Shown: positions 28,478-36,549 of the stretch, in pieces | Position numbering within the stretch: the first letter of the stretch is position 1 | Layout: every line of letters starts with the position of its first letter | Assembly: GCA_016200345.1 (NCBI GenBank) | Contig: JACQEX010000030.1 | Location: 6,242 to 70,241, forward strand | From: Nitrospinota bacterium | GTDB lineage: Bacteria > Nitrospinota_A > UBA7883 > JACRGQ01 | Reading direction: 5' to 3' | DNA: 64,000 nt | Notes under the pieces: model-generated | The model's database searches: none | The model's input: only the letters and a program-made list of their open reading frames with translations | What the model was told of the DNA's origin: nothing | Position numbers and translations under genes: made by a program

Positions 28478-29572
28478 TTAAATAAGAGCGTCGTCCGGGC
28501 AGTCGCCAAGCTGAACCTGTCCGGACAAATACATTCCTGCCTGCCTGTTGTATTCGATGCACCGGCAGTTAGCGCAGACCCCGGCGGCGTAATTGCCGTT
28601 CAAGGCGAGGATGACTTCCCTATGGCGCGGCGAGTTCCAAACGTCCTTAAAGCGCGCGTTGTTAAGGTTTCCTATGCAATACCTTTCGTTTCCGATGTGC
28701 GGCTGGCAAAGGTACACCCCGCCGTCGTAATTTATCCAGGCCGTGGCCCTTGTCATTATGGAGGCGCATGAGTCCGGCGGCGGCTCGATTCCGATTCTAT
28801 AATCCTTGGCCGCGTAATGGTGCAGGCCACGGTTCAAAATGGAGCGCACGTTTGTGGTTTTTGGGTCGAAAATATCAATGTTCCCCTCCAAGTCGGCGCG
28901 AATTTGCGCCGCCTCGGCCTCGGAAAACTCCAGCCCCTTTTTCTCGTAGTCTATGGCAGGGATAAAAATCACGTAGTCAAAACCGGAAGCCATGGCGTTT
29001 TTGTAGACGTCCGCCACCTCGCGGTGGTTCACGCGGTTTATGACGCACCGCGCGCCGACGACGACGTTTGAGCCGTTCCCCTTGACCATGTTTGGAAGCT
29101 GAAACTGTTTTTTGAACTGGTCGCTTCCGGTTATGGCCTTGTAATGCTCCTCGTTTGTCGAGTAAATGGAAACGGCTATGTAGTTAAAGCGCCTCAACAA
29201 CGGGACGTCGGCGTCTTTTATGGCGATTCCGTTGGTGACAAGGGCGACCTCGACCCCGTTGTCCAGCAGTTTACCGGCGTATTTATCCCAGTTTTTCACC
29301 ATCGTCGGCTCTCCCCCGCCGGCCAAATAGGCGCTTTTTACGCCAAGCGACAACAGGTCGTCAATGGTTGATTCAATCTGCTCGTCGGAGACCCGGAGGT
29401 ATTTCTTTCTTCGATTGCCGTAGGAACAATGGACGCAGTCGTAATTACATGCGGAGGTCCAGTGGAACTCGACCGACACCGGCCCGAGAGAGAGCGGATC
29501 CGCCCCCTTGCGCCGTTCAAAGTGGGGCACGAATTTTTTTGCCGAAAGCAACGTCTCCAGGTTGTATTTCAT
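28478..29572 (-). CDS. Radical SAM protein (non-B12, Cys-rich C-terminus)
   Basis: CNYDCVHC motif and a C-terminal CANCRC cluster. Start set at the internal ATG (MKYNLE) to avoid overlapping the upstream gene. Confidence 0.7.
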   Translation of the reverse strand: MKYNLETLLSAKKFVPHFERRKGADPLSLGPVSVEFHWTSACNYDCVHCSYGNRRKKYLRVSDEQIESTIDDLLSLGVKSAYLAGGGEPTMVKNWDKYAGKLLDNGVEVALVTNGIAIKDADVPLLRRFNYIAVSIYSTNEEHYKAITGSDQFKKQFQLPNMVKGNGSNVVVGARCVINRVNHREVADVYKNAMASGFDYVIFIPAIDYEKKGLEFSEAEAAQIRADLEGNIDIFDPKTTNVRSILNRGLHHYAAKDYRIGIEPPPDSCASIMTRATAWINYDGGVYLCQPHIGNERYCIGNLNNARFKDVWNSPRHREVILALNGNYAAGVCANCRCIEYNRQAGMYLSGQVQLGDCPDDALI

Positions 29573-29597
29573 TTTGTCAGATATTTCCGAAAGCCGC

Positions 29598-30266
29598 CTA
29601 AAACGACATCTCCATGACGCGGCCCACGACGTCCAGCTGTTTTTCATGGTCAAAAGAATTGTTCTCCGCCGTCCATTCGACAAACGCCGGTTCGCACACC
29701 AAAACCTTGTCGAACTCCAGATTTTTTATGTCGGGATATTTGAACACGGCCGTCCCGCCGGGGGAAACCGTGCTTTCGCCGTCGCCTACGAGCCTCCCGA
29801 CAAGGACAAGCCCCTCGGAGCTGGTGATGTTGAGCGCGGCGATGTCCGCCAGCTCGTTGCTCCCGGCCACCGCAAGTTTTTGCCACCCCCTGCTTTTGCA
29901 AAGCTCCAGCTGGCTCTCCACCACTTTTTGGGCGACCTTATAAGTTCGCAGGGTGTTGCCCAAATATCTTGCGGTGAGCCTGCCTTTCTCGGCGAACCCC
30001 TCCGGCGTCATGTAATAAAGCCACCTCTTTGCGCTAACCTGTCGCGCCTTAATCCACCCCTTAGCCATAACCTTTCGCATGAACGAGTGGGCAAGGCCCG
30101 CCGCTATTCCCGTAAACGCCGTTATTTTTTTTTCGGAGATGTGCGGAAACTTTTCCACCAGGCTGAAAATGTGCATTACCACGGCGTCGTCCGCAGACGC
30201 CTTGACCGACGAATATGGGGAAACCGGCGAGAGATCCGGACTTTCCAAGGTTTGTTTGTTTTTCAT
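29598..30266 (-). CDS. Hypothetical protein with N-terminal winged-helix-like domain (putative regulator)
   Basis: MHIFSLVEKFPHISEKKITAFTGIAAGLAHSFMRKVMAKGWIKAR resembles a wHTH. Unassigned C-terminal domain. Confidence 0.35.
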   Translation of the reverse strand: MKNKQTLESPDLSPVSPYSSVKASADDAVVMHIFSLVEKFPHISEKKITAFTGIAAGLAHSFMRKVMAKGWIKARQVSAKRWLYYMTPEGFAEKGRLTARYLGNTLRTYKVAQKVVESQLELCKSRGWQKLAVAGSNELADIAALNITSSEGLVLVGRLVGDGESTVSPGGTAVFKYPDIKNLEFDKVLVCEPAFVEWTAENNSFDHEKQLDVVGRVMEMSF

Positions 30267-30350
30267 AAGAATTTGGGCGCGCCTACGGCCTCACTGGTTG
30301 TCAAGCTCTTCACGCAATCCATAAAATTAAAAAGGCAAAACTAAAAAGGG

Positions 30351-30890
30351 TTAGTACGGCTCCAATAAATCCGATTCAAGCTCCGTGACCAAAGCCCTTT
30401 TAAATAAATCCAATGAGACGATAAACCGCCCCGTCTTGGGGCTTATGCGAACAAATTGCCCGTACGCACCGGCCAGCGGCCCCGCCACAACGTGCACGCG
30501 CTCCCCCGCGACCATCGGGGTGTACGGCAGTTCGTAAACGGGCGCCGGGGAACAGGCCATCTTTTCCAGGCGCAACACCTGGTCGTTTGGGATGACGGCA
30601 GGACTGCCGTCTTGACGGACAAACCCCAAAACGCCTTTGTGAGAAAACAGCATCTTGGTTTCTACGGCCTCGATGTCGGCTTCAACAAACACGTAGTTGC
30701 TCAACAGCGGTTTTATTACGGCAACCTTCTGTCCGTTCCTTCTTTTCCACACGTCCCTTGCCGGAACGCTGACTTTTAAGCCGAAATGATTTTTGAAAAA
30801 TTCCGAGACGCTAAATTCATTTTGATGCCTAACCCTGAGCGCAAACCACCCGCAATCAACGGTGTAGGGCGAAACCAGCGCATTGCTCAT
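30351..30890 (-). CDS. NusG-family paralog (RfaH/UpxY/LoaP-like operon-specific antiterminator)
   Basis: 179 aa. NGN domain (WFALRVRHQNE...) and a C-terminal KOW (GERVHVVAGPLAGAYGQF). Shorter than housekeeping NusG and sits at the 5' end of the polysaccharide operon. Confidence 0.75.
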   Translation of the reverse strand: MSNALVSPYTVDCGWFALRVRHQNEFSVSEFFKNHFGLKVSVPARDVWKRRNGQKVAVIKPLLSNYVFVEADIEAVETKMLFSHKGVLGFVRQDGSPAVIPNDQVLRLEKMACSPAPVYELPYTPMVAGERVHVVAGPLAGAYGQFVRISPKTGRFIVSLDLFKRALVTELESDLLEPY

Positions 30891-31000
30891 AATGTGAGCA
30901 TTGTACCCCTAAAGCGGTGGAATTGGCAAATTTTATTTTGTTGTGCGACTGAAAAATGACCTTTTCAGCTATATTCATATTTATGCGGAATTAGCAATAA

Positions 31001-31981
31001 TTATGTAATGGGACAGGCGTCGTATCGGGCGGAACCATAACGATTAAAATGTTCCGTCAAAGAGTCGAGAAACGGCTCGTGTAACATCCTAGCCTCTCTT
31101 AGCGTCGGCAGGTCGCACCTGCCGTCCAGCAATATCCCCTCCACAACCGAACTCGTCGTTTCGCTTTGCAAATAGTCGAACCTTGCGTTGTGACGAACCC
31201 AAACCCATTTGCCTACGCGCGTGGCGATTTCATAGGTGTTGTCGGCCTCGCGGATTTTTAGGGCCACTTCCGCCGACGTTATCGTTATCTCCACCGGCGA
31301 GATAACTTCCCCGCAATAAAATGAAAAACCGTTCGCCCCCAAACTCCCGGAAAGCTCGCCGGAAACCTCCTTGAATCCGGGTCTTTTTGACTCAAGAATT
31401 TTCTTGTCAAGACCGCCGTTTGAAACAACCAAACCCTCGCAATCGGTCAGGTAGGCAAGCAGGTCGAGAAAATGAAGTCCGTTGCACGCCATACCCCAGC
31501 TACCGCCCGCGACTTTCAACTCAATCGGCCCCGTCCCTTTTAGCGCAGTTTTGATTTTTTTGTAGACTGGATAAAGCCTTCTTGGATGATTGACCCAGGC
31601 TCGAATATTTTTGCGCTCCAGCAGTTTGCCGACGTCCTCAAAATCGGATTTTTTTTGAAATACCACTTTTTCCAAAATAAGATTTTTAACGCCCTTCTTC
31701 TCCGCCAATTCCCTCACCAAATTAGAACGAACGTCGGCGTTGGTGGCGACTATAGCGAGGTCCAACTCGTCAGACAGACCCGAGACTCCGTCTCGGACCA
31801 CCAATTCCATGGCCTCGCTTCCGACAATCTCTTTAAACCTGGACAGGGCCGTATTTATAGCCCCTTCAGAGCGCCCCACCACCTCTATGCTTGCACCAAT
31901 CCCAAGTCCGGCCAACCCCTGCAAGTATCTGCTTCCGATTTGGCCGGGGCCGATTAACGCGATTTTGAACGTCTTGGTCAT
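31001..31981 (-). CDS. Gfo/Idh/MocA-family oxidoreductase
   Basis: KIALIGPGQIGSRY Rossmann N-terminus and an EKV motif. First gene downstream of the palindrome array. Confidence 0.75.
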   Translation of the reverse strand: MTKTFKIALIGPGQIGSRYLQGLAGLGIGASIEVVGRSEGAINTALSRFKEIVGSEAMELVVRDGVSGLSDELDLAIVATNADVRSNLVRELAEKKGVKNLILEKVVFQKKSDFEDVGKLLERKNIRAWVNHPRRLYPVYKKIKTALKGTGPIELKVAGGSWGMACNGLHFLDLLAYLTDCEGLVVSNGGLDKKILESKRPGFKEVSGELSGSLGANGFSFYCGEVISPVEITITSAEVALKIREADNTYEIATRVGKWVWVRHNARFDYLQSETTSSVVEGILLDGRCDLPTLREARMLHEPFLDSLTEHFNRYGSARYDACPIT

Positions 31982-32008
31982 ATTTTAGGTATTGGTAGTG
32001 GCTTAGCA

Positions 32009-32096
32009 TTACTCACAATATGAGCAACTTTTTACTCATATTGTGAGTAACTATTTGCTCATCATATGAGCAATGTTTTACTCATGCAATGAGCAA
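32009..32096. promoter_or_regulatory. Array of four 19-bp palindromic operator-like sites (TTRCTCA-N5-TGAGYAA) at exact 23-bp spacing
   Basis: Sites start at 32009, 32032, 32055 and 32078. Copies 2 and 3 are perfect palindromes. The array ends 28 bp upstream of the 31981 start codon in the operon leader. Confidence 0.5.
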
Positions 32097-32141
32097 CAAG
32101 CCGCAACGATGCAATTTGTCCTTTATAATCAAATAGATTAA

Positions 32142-34886
32142 TCAGGGCGCGACTAATTCCACAAAGGCAATTCTGCCTGGGGAATTTTTTAAAATCTTGA
32201 TTTTCCCCACGAAGGCCATATGCTCTATCCAACTGCTAAACCGCATCAATTTTTTATGCAACGACCCGTTGGGATCCTTCTCGAGAGTCCCCGTATTCAC
32301 GTCAATGATGATGTATCGAAAACCGGCGGACTTTAAAATACGGTATATCTCCTCGTCGCTTTCCCCGGCGCTCATGCAACTAAAATTGTCCAGCATCTGG
32401 TCGTCATAGAGACGTCTGTCGTTTTTGACGATAAAATAGCTTATAAAGGTGCCGATTCTATACACGTAGTTTTTCTCGGTCAGGGTTTCCGGGTGGTCGT
32501 TGACCTCCTTTGCTATGGACGAATAATCAGGCGCGAGGTTTTCGATGGTTTTGGCCTCGTCAAAGAGGCCGAATGCAAAGCCCGTCATGGACTTGTTGCC
32601 AAAGGTCTGGTTGCGAAAGGCCACAAAGGTTGTTAGCGACACAAAAATCAACACCCAGCTCACGAAGCGCACCGGGGCGGGGCTGTTTGCAATCAAGTAA
32701 TCCATAATCAGGGCAAACAGCAAAAAGCCGCCGATTCCGTACCATATTATGCCGTCCGAAACCAGCATCCAAAAAACCCACGACGCGGAGCCTAAAAAGA
32801 CGGCCAGGGACAAGAGGGGGTTGCGAATTTTAACCGAGGCGTACCAATAGACGGCAAGCAACATCGCGACCATCACCCCAATTTCCGCGGCAAACCCGGG
32901 GGAAAGGCTTATGGAGTTCAAATTGCCAAAAGGGTTTAACTTTATTCGCAAGGCCCAGAATATCCAAAATGAAAACCATACGAACACCGTCGCCCCAGCG
33001 GCGATGGTCTCGCCGCGAAACCAGATTGCCATCGCCTCTTTTTGCCGTTCGATCCACACCACCGGCCCAGCGGCGATGGTCCCGCCGCGAAACCAGATTG
33101 CCAGCCCTATCAACGCCGGCAGAATGGCAAGAAAAGTGTAGCCAATGTCTACCCAAAAACCGTGGGTGGTCGTGTTCATCGTGTCTTTCCAAGGCAAAGC
33201 GATTAATTTGTCCAGCCCCGAATCGTATCCCGCATACCTACCCGCCTCCTCCTTCAAGCCGGTCGGACTGACGCATTCCTCCGCCGTTTTGCCCGATGTG
33301 TGCAAATCCGGGCTTAAAGAATTGGCGTTTGCCCCCTTCAACATGGCACTCAAATGAAAGTTTTTTGCCTGAAACCCATTGGAAACGGCCCAAGGCGCAA
33401 AGGTCAGGGCGGACAGGCCGACAAAAATCCCAAAACGCAGGCCAAATTCCAAAACCCTGGACTTGGCGCGCGCCATGGCAACAGCCCCGATGACGACGGC
33501 TAACAGGGCGCAGTAGCGGGAAAGCGTCGCGATTTGCGCATCGTCCAAAATGCCGTCCAGCCGAAGGGTGCCGCTTTTCAAGGTGACAAAAATGAACGCC
33601 AGAAAAAACGCCGCGGCTCCGGTGCGTCCAAGGTAAATTCCGGCAATGGCGACAGCCATGGGAAAAATTAAAAACGTGGCGGAAAATTTTATTCCAAAGG
33701 AGAAACCGGCAAACAGAGAGGCCAAAACGAGCCATTCAAGCTCGATCTTTTTCGCCCTGGTCGCCTCAACGTCGGGGGTCGCCCCGACCAAAGGCGCTTC
33801 TTTTGAAACCCTTTCGCGCCATTCAAAAAAGCAATAGACTGAAAGGGCCAGAAAAAAGAGCAACGTCGGGTCGGTCTTCATGTCGGTGGCCGACTGCCAC
33901 ATAAGCATCGGGGTCAGGTAGAGCACCGTGGCCGCGGTAATTCCCACCTTGTCAGAGAAAAAGCGACGGCCGATCGCCACGATGGCCAAAACGGCGCATA
34001 CGCCGCCGAAGTACGAGAGATACAGCGCGATGGTCGCGTTGTCGAAAAGCAGAAAACCAAGCGAAATGATGGGGAAATAGTTAAAGCTCCTTCCCCCGCT
34101 CAGAAGAAAATGGTATTGCGAAATAAGCTTGGGAATATTTATGTACACACCCATGTCGTCCCATCCCAGCGGTATCGGGCGAATCAGGTCGAAGAAATTC
34201 AGCGCAAAGACGAAAGTAAGGAACAAGAACAGGTATTTGCGCGGGGAAAACACCCTACTTCTAATTTGAATTTTATGGGAGACAAGCCGGCCCCACCAGG
34301 CGAAGGCCGTTCTCCACCGCCAGACCAAGACCGCGATGACGGCGAACCACACCACCGGGGTGTAAAGCAGTTGCGCGTGGCCGACCACGAACATCCCGGC
34401 TACGGTCGTCATCATCCCGGTTCCAATCGAAAACAGCGAGTCTTCCAACATGGCGTCGAAAGCGAGCTTTCCAAGCACGGCCTTTCCCTGCACGTAGAAG
34501 AAGGTTGCGAAAAACAGCAGGCCGAGGGTCATGGCGGTAAACCAAAACATCACGTTTAATTCCGCGGTAAAGACGTCCACCTTGTCCGCGAGGCCGCTTT
34601 TAGCGAGATAATACGAGGAAATCCACACCACGAGCGCCCCGAAAAAAACCAACACCCAAAGCGGCGTGACGTTAAACTTCCACTCGTCCTTGTCGCGATA
34701 GAAATACTGAACCAAATCAAGGGCAAAAAACAGCCCGACGCACATCGCCAGCATGCTCGTCGTCGGCTTAAACTCCTTCAGATTTGCCATGTGCTCCGGA
34801 TGGGAGATGAAATACTGCTGTATGACGTAGCCGGCCCAACTAAGGGCCAACAGGGAAAAAATTACCGAGAAAATCTTTCTTTGCAT
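32142..34886 (-). CDS. Large polytopic membrane protein, GT-C-like glycosyltransferase fold (tentative)
   Basis: 914 aa, more than 20 predicted TM segments, large loop regions. Contains an internal 24-aa tandem duplication. Confidence 0.55.
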   Translation of the reverse strand: MQRKIFSVIFSLLALSWAGYVIQQYFISHPEHMANLKEFKPTTSMLAMCVGLFFALDLVQYFYRDKDEWKFNVTPLWVLVFFGALVVWISSYYLAKSGLADKVDVFTAELNVMFWFTAMTLGLLFFATFFYVQGKAVLGKLAFDAMLEDSLFSIGTGMMTTVAGMFVVGHAQLLYTPVVWFAVIAVLVWRWRTAFAWWGRLVSHKIQIRSRVFSPRKYLFLFLTFVFALNFFDLIRPIPLGWDDMGVYINIPKLISQYHFLLSGGRSFNYFPIISLGFLLFDNATIALYLSYFGGVCAVLAIVAIGRRFFSDKVGITAATVLYLTPMLMWQSATDMKTDPTLLFFLALSVYCFFEWRERVSKEAPLVGATPDVEATRAKKIELEWLVLASLFAGFSFGIKFSATFLIFPMAVAIAGIYLGRTGAAAFFLAFIFVTLKSGTLRLDGILDDAQIATLSRYCALLAVVIGAVAMARAKSRVLEFGLRFGIFVGLSALTFAPWAVSNGFQAKNFHLSAMLKGANANSLSPDLHTSGKTAEECVSPTGLKEEAGRYAGYDSGLDKLIALPWKDTMNTTTHGFWVDIGYTFLAILPALIGLAIWFRGGTIAAGPVVWIERQKEAMAIWFRGETIAAGATVFVWFSFWIFWALRIKLNPFGNLNSISLSPGFAAEIGVMVAMLLAVYWYASVKIRNPLLSLAVFLGSASWVFWMLVSDGIIWYGIGGFLLFALIMDYLIANSPAPVRFVSWVLIFVSLTTFVAFRNQTFGNKSMTGFAFGLFDEAKTIENLAPDYSSIAKEVNDHPETLTEKNYVYRIGTFISYFIVKNDRRLYDDQMLDNFSCMSAGESDEEIYRILKSAGFRYIIIDVNTGTLEKDPNGSLHKKLMRFSSWIEHMAFVGKIKILKNSPGRIAFVELVAP

Positions 34887-34977
34887 CGCGTAAGCTTACC
34901 GCACTTTACGCGAAGAAAAAAGGGAGCGAGAAAAAAAAATCGGCGTTGACTTGGGGCCGCGAACATGGCATCATGAT

Positions 34978-34996
34978 GATAATGATTATCATTATC
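34978..34996. promoter_or_regulatory. Fur box (GATAATGATTATCATTATC)
   Basis: 18/19 match to the classical Fur consensus GATAATGATAATCATTATC and perfectly palindromic. Lies in the divergent region between the 32142..34886 (-) gene and the fur-family gene, with a TTGACT -35-like hexamer at 34946. Confidence 0.65.
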
Positions 34997-35024
34997 CAGA
35001 GAAGACGTGACCGATAGCCAGCCG

Positions 35025-35438
35025 ATGGCGGCTTTTAGGCTCCACATCGCCAAAAAGGGGCTTCGCCACACCAAGCAGAGAGAGGAAATCCTTTCAGCCC
35101 TTTTCTCGTCCAAAAAACACGTCACGGCGGAGGAGCTTTTCGATATCCTCAGGTCAAAGGTGGCCGGCATCGGCTATGCCACGGTGCAAAGAAACCTGAA
35201 CCTTTTGCGGGAGTGCGGACTGGCCGAGGAGGTAAAAATTGGCAACCAAAAGGCCCGCTACGAGCCGAAACGCGGTAAGGAACACCACGACCACCTCATA
35301 TGCCTTAAGTGCGGAAGGTTCATAGAGGTAAACGACCCGAGGCTGGAAAAACTACAGGACGGGCTGGCGAAGGCAAACGGCTTTGCGCCGCTAAGACACA
35401 AACTGGAAATATACGGAACCTGCGCCAAGTGCGCATAA
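35025..35438 (+). CDS. Fur-family transcriptional regulator (Fur/Zur/PerR)
   Basis: HTKQREEIL...HHDHLICLKCGRFIEV...CAKC: DNA-binding helix, metal-site HHxH and two CxxC pairs. Alternative GTG start at 35007. Confidence 0.8.
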   Translation: MAAFRLHIAKKGLRHTKQREEILSALFSSKKHVTAEELFDILRSKVAGIGYATVQRNLNLLRECGLAEEVKIGNQKARYEPKRGKEHHDHLICLKCGRFIEVNDPRLEKLQDGLAKANGFAPLRHKLEIYGTCAKCA

Positions 35439-35445
35439 AAGAGGG

Positions 35446-36537
35446 GTGGGAATGAGTTATTCGAATCTGCTGTTACTGGGCGCAATCGCCGGCTTTACAA
35501 TTTTCCTCGGCCTTCCCGTGGCGATGCTGACGACACGCCCGAAATTCCGCGCGTTCATGACCGCCCTTTCCGCAGGCGTTCTCATTTTCCTGCTGGTCGA
35601 GATATCCAACAAGTCGTTCGAGATTGTCGAGGAGGCGGTGAAAAGTTATTTTGTCGGCCAGTCCGGCCCGGCGCCAACCGCGCTTTGCCTTATTTTCTTC
35701 CTTGGGTTCACCGCCGGAATGTTCGGTCTGACCTTCTTTGAGGAAAAATTTGTCGGAACCGCCAAGGACTCCCCGGAAAAAAACAGCTCCAAATCCCTGT
35801 CAATGATGATAGCCATCGGCATAGGCCTGCACAATTTCGGCGAAGGACTTGCCATCGGCCAGGAATACGTCAGCGGCGCGATATCCCTCGCATACCTCCT
35901 TATAGCTGGCTTTGCGCTCCATAACGCGACCGAGGGATTCGGCATCGCGGCGCCGCTAAGGATGGAAAAGGTGGATTGGAAATTTTTGGGCCTTGCCGGC
36001 CTTGTTGGCGGCGGCCCGACGTTCGTTGGCGTTCTGGTCGGCTCCGTTTACTACTCGCGCCAGTTGGAACTGCTGGCTCTTTCCCTCGCCGCCGGTAGCA
36101 TCCTTTACGTGGTCGGGGAGCTGTTGCACCTCGGAAAAGTGCACGGACACCATAGAACGGTCATGGTCGGACTCCTGACCGGATTTTTCATCTCGTTTGC
36201 CTCCGACGCGTTCATAGAGGTCGGCACGGCGGTCACCGCCAATAAAAAGGTTCCGTCAAAGATTTATCAAGTCGAGGCCTCTGAATTCAAATTCACCCCT
36301 TCGCATTTTGAGGCGGTCCAGGGGGAGACTCTGCGGTTTGAGATTACTAACAAGGGGACGGAGAACCACGAGTTTGAAATGCCGGATTTAAAAACGGAGG
36401 TCGTGCTCACTCCGGGCGCCAACGCCGTCGTTACCGTGCCCGACCTGAAAGTTGGCGAGTACCTTATTAGGTGCGACCTGCCCGGACACCTTGAGCACGG
36501 GATGAAGGGCGAGTTGGTGGTCAAACCTAAAATTTAA
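35446..36537 (+). CDS. ZIP-family metal permease fused to a C-terminal cupredoxin-like domain
   Basis: ZIP signature helices (GLHNFGEGLAIG, HNATEGF) over residues 1-250. The C-terminal ~100 aa (TPSHFEAV...YLIRCDLPGHLEHGM) show a cupredoxin Cys-His...His-Met-like pattern. Confidence 0.65.
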   Translation: MGMSYSNLLLLGAIAGFTIFLGLPVAMLTTRPKFRAFMTALSAGVLIFLLVEISNKSFEIVEEAVKSYFVGQSGPAPTALCLIFFLGFTAGMFGLTFFEEKFVGTAKDSPEKNSSKSLSMMIAIGIGLHNFGEGLAIGQEYVSGAISLAYLLIAGFALHNATEGFGIAAPLRMEKVDWKFLGLAGLVGGGPTFVGVLVGSVYYSRQLELLALSLAAGSILYVVGELLHLGKVHGHHRTVMVGLLTGFFISFASDAFIEVGTAVTANKKVPSKIYQVEASEFKFTPSHFEAVQGETLRFEITNKGTENHEFEMPDLKTEVVLTPGANAVVTVPDLKVGEYLIRCDLPGHLEHGMKGELVVKPKI

Positions 36538-36549
36538 AGGTGTGCTAAT

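Noticed and set aside
30949-30968. CTGAAAA-atgacc-TTTTCAG hairpin in the leader of the NusG-paralog gene
   Set aside because: The stem is AT-rich and weak with no clear U-tract. It is noted only as a possible recruitment or pause element and not called as a feature.
982-31981. Alternative reading of the locus as an aminoglycoside or aminocyclitol natural-product cluster (B12-rSAM GenK-like, Gfo/Idh/MocA, DegT, class III aminotransferase)
   Set aside because: There is no 2-deoxy-scyllo-inosose synthase or resistance gene. NeuB/NeuC/NeuA, GmhA, GT-C/GT2 and a NusG paralog point to a cell-surface glycan instead.
32009-32096. Whether the periodic palindromes are a CRISPR array or a plasmid iteron origin
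   Set aside because: There are only four units separated by 4 bp, not spacers of 30-40 bp, and no cas genes, so this is not CRISPR. No rep, par or dnaA-box context supports an origin. A regulatory operator array is more parsimonious.
35007-35024. GTG start at 35007 for the Fur-family gene
   Set aside because: ATG at 35025 gives the conserved Fur N-terminus (MAAFRLHIAKKGLRHTKQREEIL). The upstream GTG adds six non-conserved residues.
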